NCBI GenBank assembly: GCA_003663025.1
Contig: QMZE01000001.1
Span: forward strand, 8,097-72,096
DNA: 64,000 nucleotides
Direction of reading: 5' to 3'
Source of the DNA: Archaeoglobales archaeon
GTDB lineage: Archaea > Halobacteriota > Archaeoglobi > Archaeoglobales > Archaeoglobaceae
Under the pieces are notes generated by a model. The model saw only the letters and a list, made by a program, of their open reading frames with translations. It was not told the origin of the DNA and searched no databases. Made by a program: the position numbers and the translations under genes. Of the stretch, positions 9,873 through 19,246 are shown piece by piece (the first letter of the stretch is position 1; every line of letters starts with the position of its first letter).

Positions 9873-10202
9873 ATGGATCTCAACCGTATATTAGAGGCAG
9901 GTATTGCTGATTTAGAGAAGCGCGCAGAGGCATTGGCTCCTGAGTCTCCCGATGAGCATCCCTTGGTAACACAGTACCGAGATGTGGTTCGAGGCGGAGA
10001 GATCGGAGGAACGGGACTGGGTGCATTAGGCGGTATAGGTCTTGGTCTGTTGGGACGTAAGGCGTTTGGGCAAGGCGTGATGCTACCATTCCTGGGAGGG
10101 TCTCTAGGAGGCTTGGCAGGTAAGCAGCTGGGACGCTCAGGCGGTGAGCAGGTAGGTGCGAAGATCCTCAGCGAGCAGACGGGGGTTCCTTGGGAAGTGT
10201 AG
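9873..10202 (+). CDS. Glycine-zipper membrane protein
   Basis: GGTGLGALGGIGLG and GGSLGGLAG repeats; AAGGAG SD. Confidence 0.6.
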   Translation: MDLNRILEAGIADLEKRAEALAPESPDEHPLVTQYRDVVRGGEIGGTGLGALGGIGLGLLGRKAFGQGVMLPFLGGSLGGLAGKQLGRSGGEQVGAKILSEQTGVPWEV

Positions 10203-10737
10203 AGAGCTTACGGTAGAACCATTTCTTGATCTGTTTCTTTAGTACCCATGTCCACAAGTAGCGTGGCCCACTCAGACTGTCGACGTAGTAGTCTATGTTT
10301 AGAGGTAGTCCTATGTACCTCCGTGCCTTACAGGTCTCAAGGTAGGCACTACGTTCAAGACGGTATCTGAACCATGCGAAGCAGATAGGGATAGGGACCA
10401 GACAGTAAAGGAGCAAGAAGACCGCTACCCCCAAGGGAACACACCCCAATCCCAGTTTTCGGTACTGGACTACATGTACGAGCTCGTGCCGCAGTATAGT
10501 GTAGCTCAGCGCAGCGTCGGTTTTGAAGTCCCAGTCTAGCGGGAAGTAGATGCTGGTACCGAAAGTAATTGTGTAGTTCTTCAGGAAGTCACCTGCTTTC
10601 CCAAAGGTGACAATTTTAAACAGGACGGCCAGGAATTTCCAGAATCTATAATACCTCTTTTTAGTGTAGATATTGATGTTGTATTTTTGGCGCGCATCTT
10701 TTATCAGTGAGTCTAGTAGTTCTGAAGCGTTCTTCAT
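10168..10737 (-). CDS. HExxH zinc metallopeptidase-like membrane protein
   Basis: ILRHELVHVVQY plus downstream LERSAY; hydrophobic segment; GGAGG SD before ATG 10737. Confidence 0.65.
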   Translation of the reverse strand: MKNASELLDSLIKDARQKYNINIYTKKRYYRFWKFLAVLFKIVTFGKAGDFLKNYTITFGTSIYFPLDWDFKTDAALSYTILRHELVHVVQYRKLGLGCVPLGVAVFLLLYCLVPIPICFAWFRYRLERSAYLETCKARRYIGLPLNIDYYVDSLSGPRYLWTWVLKKQIKKWFYRKLSTLPKEPPSAR

Positions 10738-10799
10738 ATGCTGTCCTCCGGTAACCAATTATAGTTGGTTTAAGGGCAGGAATATAGAGAGGAAAAAAC

Positions 10800-11780
10800 A
10801 TGTATCGAATTTTAATGCACAAGGACAGTGATGGGTACTGTTCTGCAGGTATCGTGTACAGGTACCTGAAGGAAAAAGAAGTGCCGGACACTCAAATTTA
10901 CTTCCACGGCATCAACTATGGAATGCCTGTCCCGGAAGAAATCAACTACGAGAAAGACACAGTGTATATGGTGGACTTCTCGCTCCAACCTGCTGATGTG
11001 ATGTTGGAGTTTGCGGAGAAACTCGGAGACAGGTTCATACACATTGACCACCATCAATCCTCTGTGGACATGGAGGAGGAAGTCCCTGCATTGCAGCGTG
11101 TACCTGGAATACGCCAAGTACATTATCACGGAGACAAGGAGTCTTCGTTGATCTCCGGGGCAGAGCTGACATGGTTCTACCTCTACCAAAAGCATTCGCA
11201 CCCTCCTGCAGTACAGCTTGTTGGTGAGTGGGATACCTGGAGATACACAGGCAAATCTGAAGAGCGCCAAGAGGATGTAACTGCGTTTCAGTACTACCTC
11301 CAAAGCGTGAATTCAAATCCTGCACACAGAGATGGGCGGCGCTTCTGGTACAATATTCTGGGAGGAGCAGGAGATGCTGATCTGAGTATTCCCAGAGAGG
11401 GGCTCACGTCAGGTAGAGCCCTCATGGCCTATCAGCACAAGCAGTGGAAGAGTGTGTTGGGAAACAAAGGCTTTACTGCTGATTTTCAGGGACTCACGGC
11501 TGTCATGGTGAACCAGCAGGGTAACTCTACGATGTTCAAGGGGTTCTTCGACCCTGAGGAGCACGACATCATGGTAACGTACCAGGAGGTGCATGGAGAG
11601 TACCTCACGGTTAGCATGTACACACCGAAGACGGACATCTTGAATTTGGGGGTTCTCGCCAAGAAGATAGGCGAGGCAGGTGACCGTCCCTCAGGTGGAG
11701 GGCATGCCGGCGCAGCTGGATTCCAATGCGGCTGGGAGTACTTCAAGACGCTGTACGACGTAATAGGTAATTTCGGGTAG
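10800..11780 (+). CDS. DHH/DHHA1 family phosphoesterase
   Basis: HKDSDG, VDFS, HIDHH, GGGHAGAAGF motifs. Confidence 0.9.
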   Translation: MYRILMHKDSDGYCSAGIVYRYLKEKEVPDTQIYFHGINYGMPVPEEINYEKDTVYMVDFSLQPADVMLEFAEKLGDRFIHIDHHQSSVDMEEEVPALQRVPGIRQVHYHGDKESSLISGAELTWFYLYQKHSHPPAVQLVGEWDTWRYTGKSEERQEDVTAFQYYLQSVNSNPAHRDGRRFWYNILGGAGDADLSIPREGLTSGRALMAYQHKQWKSVLGNKGFTADFQGLTAVMVNQQGNSTMFKGFFDPEEHDIMVTYQEVHGEYLTVSMYTPKTDILNLGVLAKKIGEAGDRPSGGGHAGAAGFQCGWEYFKTLYDVIGNFG

Positions 11781-11793
11781 AAAAAATAAGTAA

Positions 11794-11874
11794 GTAATAC
11801 CCTCCCCCTAAGACTGAGGCGCTATCCATAAAAATGGCTGCCGGTGAAGTTTAGAAAAGGGGGAGGGGGTTACT
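11794..11874. terminator. Inverted repeat between convergent genes (possible bidirectional terminator)
   Basis: CCCTCCCCCT (~11800-11809) / AGGGGGAGGG (~11858-11867) arms, extendable by AGTAA/TTACT. Confidence 0.35.
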
Positions 11875-12202
11875 CGTCTTCTTTGTCCTGTGGGAGCAGG
11901 TCTTTTATTTTGGTTGGAGCAGTAGCTACGTTACCTACTAGCGCAAAGCCTCTTACTGCAATATCTGCTGCAGCCTGTTTCCCCATGAACCACATCGTAG
12001 ATACTCCCATCATAAAGACGATGCCCACCATGAACGCAGAGAGTTGCCAGCCCATTTCAGGCTGCTTGATGAGGGCAGTGACGGCCATCCCTGTCATTAG
12101 CAGTTGCTGTATGAGCCATGCCATAAATTTCTTACTTACGAGAGGGTGCTTCTCCACCTGGCTGAGAAGTGTCTTCTTGTGTTCAAACTCTTTGTCAGTC
12201 AT
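11870..12202 (-). CDS. Two-TM membrane protein, holin-like
   Basis: SKKF start, two hydrophobic helices, charged C-terminus. Confidence 0.45.
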   Translation of the reverse strand: MTDKEFEHKKTLLSQVEKHPLVSKKFMAWLIQQLLMTGMAVTALIKQPEMGWQLSAFMVGIVFMMGVSTMWFMGKQAAADIAVRGFALVGNVATAPTKIKDLLPQDKEDE

Positions 12203-12881
12203 CAGAAACTTCTTTCCGGCGCATTAATTTCTCAGCGATCTCCTGCCGAGTTTTGCGCACGATAGTACGCCCCTTGCACTCGTTACATTTCAAGTCCACC
12301 TGCTCGACCTTACCTTCTTCTTCATCTATTTGATAAGAGCGTCCTTCGGTATTCAACCCGAACTTCTCTACAGCGATGCCCCACCGTTTGGCAGTAAGCT
12401 CGTGGAGCTGCCTGATCTTGTCTCCGAGTTGAGTGTTAAGCTCTTCAATCTCAGTTTGTACCTTGTGCAGGTTGTTGTGTGCTTTGCTCAGGTCCTCATC
12501 TTCCGCAAAGATTGCTGCGGTGCGAGTACTCAAGTGCTGAATGCACGTCTTTTCTGCTCGGAAGCTTCGGGCTATCGCCAATGCCAAAGCCTCAATGAGA
12601 TCGTCTTCCCCCTCTTCTACGAGAGGCATCTCCATGACCTTAGTCATCAGCTCTTCTAAGCGTTTAGCATCGTTGGCCAGCTCACACCCTACCAGACCAC
12701 GGAGGATCTTGTTCCCCTGAGGGCCAGGGGGGAGAGGGTTGAATCTGGAGCGATCCTGAGGCTTCTCCGCACCTGGAGGCCCTTGCTGTTGCGCCGCATG
12801 TTGCATTTGCTGCATTGCATGCGGAGGGATTGCTCCGGGGGGTGGCATCATTGGTAGTCCTTCACGGTTAGATTTTCTCAT
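12195..12881 (-). CDS. Hypothetical coiled-coil protein
   Basis: Pro/Gln-rich N-terminus, coiled coil, CNEC motif; overlaps neighbours in operon. Confidence 0.6.
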   Translation of the reverse strand: MRKSNREGLPMMPPPGAIPPHAMQQMQHAAQQQGPPGAEKPQDRSRFNPLPPGPQGNKILRGLVGCELANDAKRLEELMTKVMEMPLVEEGEDDLIEALALAIARSFRAEKTCIQHLSTRTAAIFAEDEDLSKAHNNLHKVQTEIEELNTQLGDKIRQLHELTAKRWGIAVEKFGLNTEGRSYQIDEEEGKVEQVDLKCNECKGRTIVRKTRQEIAEKLMRRKEVSDD

Positions 12882-13287
12882 CTGCGTCCTCCACTGCGGT
12901 CAGTAAGACCTTTTCATAGATAGTATGGTCCTCACTACTAAATAAGGGAGTAGTGTGTTCTATTATAAAAGAAGTGTCTGTAACTATTATGTCTTTCGCG
13001 TAAGAGTAAGGGGACCATCCGTAGTACTCGTTGAATACAAGAGCAGTGATGTGCTTCTGGATTCCTCGAACTCTAATACGCATCTTAGGAAACAAGGGGA
13101 TAACCGTAGTAGTTCTACCGAGTGACCATTTACGGCTGACATTCTCTACTTTAGATGTACCTTCAGTCAGACCTACGATAGTGCCTTGAGGTCCTATAAC
13201 CTGGATGATTATGGACTCACCTAAGGGCGTGTCGTCAGGTGCCTCGAAGATCTCTCCTGGGAGTGGGTCTATGGGGGGGGTTAACAT
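12868..13287 (-). CDS. Hypothetical protein
   Basis: Overlap-coupled ORF in minus-strand operon. Confidence 0.55.
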   Translation of the reverse strand: MLTPPIDPLPGEIFEAPDDTPLGESIIIQVIGPQGTIVGLTEGTSKVENVSRKWSLGRTTTVIPLFPKMRIRVRGIQKHITALVFNEYYGWSPYSYAKDIIVTDTSFIIEHTTPLFSSEDHTIYEKVLLTAVEDADEKI

Positions 13288-13880
13288 CGGTCATCCTCCA
13301 GCTGTACGAGAATGTCGTCGACCTTTGCATACAAGTCGTCTAGTGACCCGTCATTCTTAATTGTAGTGTGTAGAAGCGTAAGTGGGATCTCGTTGACAGC
13401 CAGCTCACTAGGGTGGTTGGCTGCGTCTTTGTCGAAGGTATGCGCGTAGTTGTCTGGGCGCTCTACTTTAATCGTACATCCGAGCAGGTCATCCCGGATT
13501 GCGATAGCCTCATTTTGAAAGCGCACGTCAGTCACTACTATAGAAGCGTCTTTACAGGTACAGGGCAGTAGTCCGAGAGGGTCGATGCCTGTCTCACGAA
13601 AAATAAGGATTCGCTGCAGGAGGTGGTGAACCCACACATCAGGGTCATGCTTTCGGGCCACGTTAGTTCCAAGCTCTTGTAGTAGTTTGCGCGCAACGGG
13701 AGAACGTTCTTCGCTAGGACCCCACAACTCATCTTTGGTCATTGTACCTGGGAACATCTGGAGGATGAAGTATTTCAGTTGATCCGCGAAGGCCATTGTG
13801 ATGCCTTCCCACCTATCGCAAATAATGTCTCCTACGGTATTCTTCCCTGAGTTGATCTGGCCTGCGATACCTATGATCAT
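13281..13880 (-). CDS. Deoxynucleoside monophosphate kinase
   Basis: IIGIAGQINSGK P-loop, FADQLK, RKLLQELGT, VVTDVRFQNE, HPSE, IKNDGSL motifs as in T4 gp1-type dNMP kinases. Confidence 0.9.
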   Translation of the reverse strand: MIIGIAGQINSGKNTVGDIICDRWEGITMAFADQLKYFILQMFPGTMTKDELWGPSEERSPVARKLLQELGTNVARKHDPDVWVHHLLQRILIFRETGIDPLGLLPCTCKDASIVVTDVRFQNEAIAIRDDLLGCTIKVERPDNYAHTFDKDAANHPSELAVNEIPLTLLHTTIKNDGSLDDLYAKVDDILVQLEDDRC

Positions 13881-14179
13881 TGCTTCTCTTCTTTCTCTTC
13901 AGGGAGATCGATAGGGTCTGAAATGTCTACTTGCTCCTGTGACGTATGCAGGATGATGTCATCAATATTGATCAGGAGGCTCCGCTTACCTGCGTGGTTT
14001 ACGGCGTATACGGGTATCTTGCCGGCATCAACTTCAAGGTCAATGCTGATACGGCTATCTGTAGTGGGAGGCAGACTCTCTTCCCAGGCTCCATCTGCCA
14101 TCAGGATGCCTCCTGAGTTAGTCTCGATGTACCCAACAAGGGTAGGCTTCTCAGTGAATATGTCAGTGCTATTCTGCAT
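13877..14179 (-). CDS. Hypothetical protein
   Basis: AGGAG SD before ATG 14179; ATGA overlap with the kinase gene. Confidence 0.55.
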   Translation of the reverse strand: MQNSTDIFTEKPTLVGYIETNSGGILMADGAWEESLPPTTDSRISIDLEVDAGKIPVYAVNHAGKRSLLINIDDIILHTSQEQVDISDPIDLPEEKEEKQ

Positions 14180-14241
14180 CTTAATGCTCCTGTGCGTGGT
14201 TGAATATGACGGTAACAGAGATTGCATTAATTAGAAAGAGC

Positions 14242-14273
14242 AAAAAAAAGAGCCCCTACAAATGTAGAGGCTC
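14242..14273 (-). terminator. Rho-independent terminator
   Basis: Minus strand GAGCCTCTACA-TT-TGTAGGGGCTC followed by T8. Confidence 0.85.
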
Positions 14274-14278
14274 CTCCC

Positions 14279-14401
14279 ATCACTGACTGATTTTAGCACT
14301 GTTGCTCGCGGGCCCAGAGCTGGCAGTGGCGCCCCCCGCGGAGCGGGGAGAAACCTGTGGTGCGTAGTTACTACGCGGCTTCCAGGGAAGTACTCAGTGA
14401 T
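14279..14401 (-). ncRNA. Candidate structured ncRNA (closing helix plus three stem-loops)
   Basis: ATCACTGA/TCAGTGAT ends enclosing three hairpins; GC-rich intergenic segment ending in a terminator; strand inferred from flanking genes and terminator. Confidence 0.55.
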
Positions 14402-15243
14402 TATTTGTATCTTAGATGTCTGACTTCGGGAAAGGCGCTCATAATTCCGCGCATTATTTTGCGGTAATACCATTGATGTTGTTTAGATCCGGGCCAATGG
14501 TAGGACGGTCTGCGTGTGTTATACATTTTTCCACGGTAAGTCATGGCTTCAAATACCTTAGTGATGCCAGGGGTGAGTGTGAGATACGCACGGATTTCAT
14601 CCCATGACATGTCCCCAAGGTACACAACTATCTGCCCAGGTCCCAGGTCGGCTTTCCTGCGCTTGAACCCTTTGTGCTGAATCGCTTTCTGTATCTCAGG
14701 TAAGCTATGGCTCAGGGTGTTAGGTTTGCGGACTAAGATGCCTTTCTTGTAAGCGTATATGCGAGGGTAGGGACCTACGGCACAGCGGTCGAGCCGAGAT
14801 TCGTTCTGCATGATTCCGAGAGCTTCTCGAATGTCATGCTTCACAAGCTTCTTGTTGCGTAGCTGGTACTCAGGGATAGCGTCATGAGCGTCATTTATTG
14901 CGACGGCCCAATCGAGTGCGGCACCCTCCAGCTCATCTTGTTTGTATTTCACCCCACACTCGAACCAGATGCCATGGCTCTTTAGCTTAAGGATCCTTCT
15001 GGCCAGTTCAACGTCATCTGCGTTAAATTCCGGGAGAGGGGCAGCTTCGACCAGAACAGTTGGTTCCAAGTCTGGGGTAGGTGTTGGGGTTGGTTCAGAT
15101 TCTTCTGGAACAGTTTCAGTTGCAGGTACCTCTGTCTCTGCTGTAATGTTTTCAGGCTGCACGTCGACTGCAGGGTTTAAGGCAGCCACGTGGATGAAAC
15201 CTCCCAGCAGTAGGCCTACGGACAAAAGAATTACAGTACGCAT
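14401..15243 (-). CDS. Exported lytic-transglycosylase-like protein
   Basis: N-terminal signal/TM, Pro/Glu/Thr linker, GIMQNESR and DLGPGQI resembling SLT motifs I and II; GGAGG SD. Confidence 0.5.
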   Translation of the reverse strand: MRTVILLSVGLLLGGFIHVAALNPAVDVQPENITAETEVPATETVPEESEPTPTPTPDLEPTVLVEAAPLPEFNADDVELARRILKLKSHGIWFECGVKYKQDELEGAALDWAVAINDAHDAIPEYQLRNKKLVKHDIREALGIMQNESRLDRCAVGPYPRIYAYKKGILVRKPNTLSHSLPEIQKAIQHKGFKRRKADLGPGQIVVYLGDMSWDEIRAYLTLTPGITKVFEAMTYRGKMYNTRRPSYHWPGSKQHQWYYRKIMRGIMSAFPEVRHLRYK

Positions 15244-15311
15244 GCATTAAACCTCCAAGGTTTGATAAGGGTCTGTACTTATCGAGTAAGTAATTATAGG
15301 AGATAAGGGCT

Positions 15312-15668
15312 TCAGACGTTCTTCTTGAAGTGATCCCAGACCTCTGCGGTGATCTGGTCGAAGGCCTTTTTGCCTCCCTGCTCTTCTGGAAAGAAGTGTC
15401 TGTTGTTGCAGTTTTCCAGATAAACAGCTGCGATTACCTCTTCCGGGCTAAGCCCGTGGTCCCTGCTGTAGATTTTGAGGTAGGTATTCAGCGCTTCAGT
15501 GCAGCGCCCTACGCTCTTAAAGAAGTCTGTTCTGCGAGCCTTTTCCATGGCGGCGTCCACTTTTTCGGGATCCTGCTTGGACCCTTCGTGCTTCACAGCC
15601 TCAGTTTTTACCCAGCCTCCCTCACCGTCAGGAAGGTCGATTGTTGTTGTAGCTGGTTTCTTTTCCAT
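15312..15668 (-). CDS. Hypothetical protein
   Basis: TAATG-coupled ORF. Confidence 0.55.
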   Translation of the reverse strand: MEKKPATTTIDLPDGEGGWVKTEAVKHEGSKQDPEKVDAAMEKARRTDFFKSVGRCTEALNTYLKIYSRDHGLSPEEVIAAVYLENCNNRHFFPEEQGGKKAFDQITAEVWDHFKKNV

Positions 15669-15913
15669 TACTGATCCTTCCGATGTGCACAGTTAGGGAC
15701 GATCTGGTCTGTGCGCACTATCTTCGCCTGTATCATTGCGTTGGGAGTATCTTTTATCTTTGCTCCGGGAGGGTACACGTGCTTCCCTACCCTGTTAGAA
15801 GGGAAGACAGTTAGCGCTAAACAGTACGCCTGTTTCAGCTGCTTCACTTTGCCTCCTCGCAGCCCTTTAACCAGGGGCCAGAAGTGTCCACATGTCTCAC
15901 ATGTCTTAACCAT
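15668..15913 (-). CDS. Small Cys-rich protein
   Basis: KTCETCGHF...C...C pattern; coupled ORF. Confidence 0.55.
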   Translation of the reverse strand: MVKTCETCGHFWPLVKGLRGGKVKQLKQAYCLALTVFPSNRVGKHVYPPGAKIKDTPNAMIQAKIVRTDQIVPNCAHRKDQ

Positions 15914-16383
15914 TACTCTCTCCTGTAAATATGTACCTTGTGCTTTGTCAGTATCTCGGCAACAGGCAGTATAGACAAGACGTGCCCGATGCGCCGAAAG
16001 ACTGCAGTTTCAGTTTTATCATCTTTTCCGGTGTAGACACAAATGCTTCCGTTAGACCTCGCAAGGATCATCTCATCCTCTGCGGCGGAGATTTGGGAGT
16101 GTGCCTCTACAATTCGAATGCCGTTACGCTTAAGTGCCTGCTCGTGCTCACGGTTAACGGCGTAAAGCAACGAGACCAGACGGTCGGCTGCTTCACTGAT
16201 CATGGTTACTCCTGTGAGTACGAGGACGTAGGTATCTCCGTCCAGCGTAGCCTTTGGCTCTATCACGACACCTGACTCGGTATCCGCGGAGTCAAAGGCT
16301 GACTGGAAATCAGGCTTCTTCTTTTTCTTTTTCTTCTTCTTAGATATGAAGGGGTTGAATACGCCTGTGGGGTCGCCCATCAT
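15913..16383 (-). CDS. Hypothetical protein with poly-Lys tract
   Basis: Coupled ORF with K9 run near the N-terminus. Confidence 0.55.
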   Translation of the reverse strand: MMGDPTGVFNPFISKKKKKKKKKPDFQSAFDSADTESGVVIEPKATLDGDTYVLVLTGVTMISEAADRLVSLLYAVNREHEQALKRNGIRIVEAHSQISAAEDEMILARSNGSICVYTGKDDKTETAVFRRIGHVLSILPVAEILTKHKVHIYRRE

Positions 16384-16628
16384 TCTACTCCGGTCTTCAC
16401 GTCTCTAAGGTAAGGGTCGGTACACTCAATGTGTGCCACCTCGAACTCATCACGCATCATGTACGCCCCTACTGCCTGCAGGTTAGTAGGATGTCTCCCT
16501 ACCCGCTCCACTATGTACACGAATTGCGTTCGGTGCCCAGGTTTTAGTTTCTTACGACAACGGACACAAGTGTCGGAGTACGTGCGTGCACTCATCTCGT
16601 CTTTGGTTGCTGCGGTGTTATCTGCCAT
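16380..16628 (-). CDS. Small zinc-finger protein
   Basis: CVRC...HIEC. Confidence 0.55.
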   Translation of the reverse strand: MADNTAATKDEMSARTYSDTCVRCRKKLKPGHRTQFVYIVERVGRHPTNLQAVGAYMMRDEFEVAHIECTDPYLRDVKTGVE

Positions 16629-17049
16629 GAGGAGCCATCCATTCTGTTAAGGCGCGCTTGGCGGCAGTAAGGAGCCAGTGAGTCCGGACAGCCTCATGAG
16701 GGTATTTGAATGTGTATCCGGGATACTTAAGAGGTGTTAGCAGTTGTAGGGGAGCGTCTCCGTTCACGGGATTGAGTATCTTTTCCTTCATAAAGAGTTT
16801 CTCGGTTACCCGCATGAGTGCCGCATCTACTGCGGCTTCTATGTGGGTATTTTGCGTGAGAACCAGGGCAGGCAACTTGTCGCGCATGAAACTGCGGGAC
16901 ATAGCGTGGGTACTAAAGTGGGGCTTAACGTCGGTAGGCCAGCATACTGCTGAGACGATTACCGGGGAGTCTTCGTGTATTGCCAGCCCCACAGTGTACC
17001 GCATAACGCCAGAGTCTCCTTGTTTATGTCTGTAATCGTCTCTTAGCAA
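16618..17049 (-). CDS. Hypothetical protein
   Basis: ORF overlapping the helicase 3' end; true start may be the internal ATG (MRYTVG) after AGGAG. Confidence 0.5.
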   Translation of the reverse strand: MLRDDYRHKQGDSGVMRYTVGLAIHEDSPVIVSAVCWPTDVKPHFSTHAMSRSFMRDKLPALVLTQNTHIEAAVDAALMRVTEKLFMKEKILNPVNGDAPLQLLTPLKYPGYTFKYPHEAVRTHWLLTAAKRALTEWMAPHGR

Positions 17050-19153
17050 ATTTCTGCACTTGTGTAAAGTTATCGCGAATACGGTTGAGGCCTAGGGCCT
17101 TTGTAATCTTAGCCCCGTAATTCTGACTTTTCGTTGCGTTTGCTAGGATGACTTTTGCGTCATTACCAGTAGCACTGCCTGTCCAGATACGAGGGTCCAG
17201 GATTGCTGCTATCCCGTAATCCTTTTGAGTTCGGATAAGACGTCCCACCCCCTGTTTAAGTGTAAATACCATCCTAGGGAATGATACATGGTAGAATCCC
17301 GCTATATCACCAGGTGTAAGTTTAGTCAGGGTTTTTATGATAGGGTCATTTGCGTGAGGGAAAGGCAGCTTGGGTATGATTACGAGCTGCAGCTTAGGGC
17401 CCTTTACGTCTACCCCCTCCCAGAAAGTTTTGAGTCCATACAGTATGCAGTTGTCTGTTTCCCTGTACTTCTGGAGAAGTGGAGTGGCATCTTCTTGATG
17501 AATGAGTGTAGTCAGCCCTGGTTGAGGGAAGTATCTTTCGCGATAGGCTGCTACTTCATCCATATCACTCCGCGCACTGAACAATACAAAGGCGTTTCCT
17601 TTGGTGAGGTTTGTTAGACGCACAATTTCTTTTGTGATGGCTGCAATCCATTCCGTGCGTTTTTTTGGCGGGCTACCAAAGTTTGCGGGGGGAGGGATGT
17701 GCCGGGGGAGATATAGGAGCGCTTGTTCGTCGAGGTTGAAAGGGCTTTCATACGTTGCGGTAATTACATCACATTTGGATTTTTCACCCAAACCCACTTC
17801 GTTTCTTATGTGTGTAAAGTCGGAGTTTATTTGTAAGGTAGCGGAAGTGAACACCTTATTCGTGATACAGTTTAGCTGCGGGCCTACAATAGGACCCATT
17901 TTTACCGGAAGAATACTAAGAGCATCTCTCTCCGTATCTATCGTTAGTATCCAGTTATTGATGTATTCCTTTTTGAACTTAGCACAAAAACGTAAGAGGC
18001 TGTCGCATTTGCGCGAAGCTGCTGCTATAGCGCCCATATGTACCATGGCGTTATCCGCACTTACTGCGTAGTGCTCATTTACTACACACCTTGTGTTTAG
18101 TTCTTTCGACACAAATACGAGCTTTTCTTGTAAGAACTGCGCGGAGCGTGCGATGTCTTGCGTATGTGTCTGATGCCTTGTAATGTCAGATGCGATACGT
18201 GTGACTTTATCGTAGGAGCCTTGAATACTATTGTACAGATCACGCACTTCACCTTCCAATTTTTCTATCGCAGGTATGATGAAACGTAGCATGGTGCGCC
18301 CCAAAGAGGCCTCAAAGACGTCAGACTTCAGGTTTGGATTCGAAAATAAAATAGCATTAAGTTTAGCTGCAAAACTTTTCGATATTGTGTGTTCGTACGC
18401 TGAACGGAAAGCGTCAGAAGCTTTGTGCGCCTCATCTACTATGAGTGTGTCGTACTCCCCGAACAAATTTCCCGCCCCCAGCATTAAATCGATCCCCAGA
18501 AGGTGGTGATTCACTATCAGAATATCCGCAGACTGAGGGTCTAGGCGGCAACCTTGTGTGTAGTGTGGACACTTAATTCCTATGCAGTTTTCCGCTGAGA
18601 TCGAAGTCCACCAGGAGGGGACAGGGCCTTCCCAATCATCTCGGTCAGCAGGTGCGTTGGACCCGCGTGCGTTTCCGATCAGTTCGGAGTATTGCTCACG
18701 TTCTTCACTGGTAGCTTTCCTCGGAGTTAATTGCCAGCATGCATAGTTGCCGCGTCCTTTATACAGCATAGCTTTCTTGTCAAAGAGCCCGAGTTGTTGA
18801 AGTAGAAAAGCCAGATCTTTATCGTAGAGTTGGGATTGGAGTCCTTTGGTAGTAGTCGCAATTACAACCCTGCGGTTTGCAAGTAAGGGTGGAACTAAGT
18901 AGGCAAAACTTTTTCCAATCCCGGTTCCGCCTTCTGCGAAGAATGCTTGGCTAGTGAGCCCTGCACTTAGAAAGTCTTCTATCTCTTCAGCGAGAGCCAG
19001 TTGGGAAGGTCGCGATTCCTGAGCTATATCAAACGCCCCATCCTTGAAGATGTCAAGACAGGTTATCTCGAAAGGGAGGCCGCACACGGTACAATTTTCT
19101 ATCGGAGGATCAATATTGTAGGGAAACATAATCTTACATTTAGGGCAGTACAT
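17024..19153 (-). CDS. DinG/YoaA-family SF2 DNA helicase (Fe-S type)
   Basis: RPSQ Q-motif, EGGTGIGKS, KGRGNYAC..C..C..C, VNHHLL, IVDEAH, TSATL, FWEGVDV, KLPFP, QGVGRLIR, ILDPR. Confidence 0.93.
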   Translation of the reverse strand: MYCPKCKIMFPYNIDPPIENCTVCGLPFEITCLDIFKDGAFDIAQESRPSQLALAEEIEDFLSAGLTSQAFFAEGGTGIGKSFAYLVPPLLANRRVVIATTTKGLQSQLYDKDLAFLLQQLGLFDKKAMLYKGRGNYACWQLTPRKATSEEREQYSELIGNARGSNAPADRDDWEGPVPSWWTSISAENCIGIKCPHYTQGCRLDPQSADILIVNHHLLGIDLMLGAGNLFGEYDTLIVDEAHKASDAFRSAYEHTISKSFAAKLNAILFSNPNLKSDVFEASLGRTMLRFIIPAIEKLEGEVRDLYNSIQGSYDKVTRIASDITRHQTHTQDIARSAQFLQEKLVFVSKELNTRCVVNEHYAVSADNAMVHMGAIAAASRKCDSLLRFCAKFKKEYINNWILTIDTERDALSILPVKMGPIVGPQLNCITNKVFTSATLQINSDFTHIRNEVGLGEKSKCDVITATYESPFNLDEQALLYLPRHIPPPANFGSPPKKRTEWIAAITKEIVRLTNLTKGNAFVLFSARSDMDEVAAYRERYFPQPGLTTLIHQEDATPLLQKYRETDNCILYGLKTFWEGVDVKGPKLQLVIIPKLPFPHANDPIIKTLTKLTPGDIAGFYHVSFPRMVFTLKQGVGRLIRTQKDYGIAAILDPRIWTGSATGNDAKVILANATKSQNYGAKITKALGLNRIRDNFTQVQKFAKRRLQT

Positions 19154-19246
19154 GTTACGAGCCTCTTTCTTCTTTAGGGGTAGACTTCCTTATACCAATC
19201 TTTTCCGTTATAGTGGAGCGCATAACACACAGAAAAGGAGCGCACC

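Noticed and set aside
14279-14401. tRNA, SAM-I or cobalamin riboswitch, hammerhead or HDV-like ribozyme
   Set aside because: No TTCRA T-loop or 7-nt anticodon loop; GCAAC, GTGCTAAA and GCCACTG fragments are not in riboswitch order; no CTGANGA core or HDV double pseudoknot could be built
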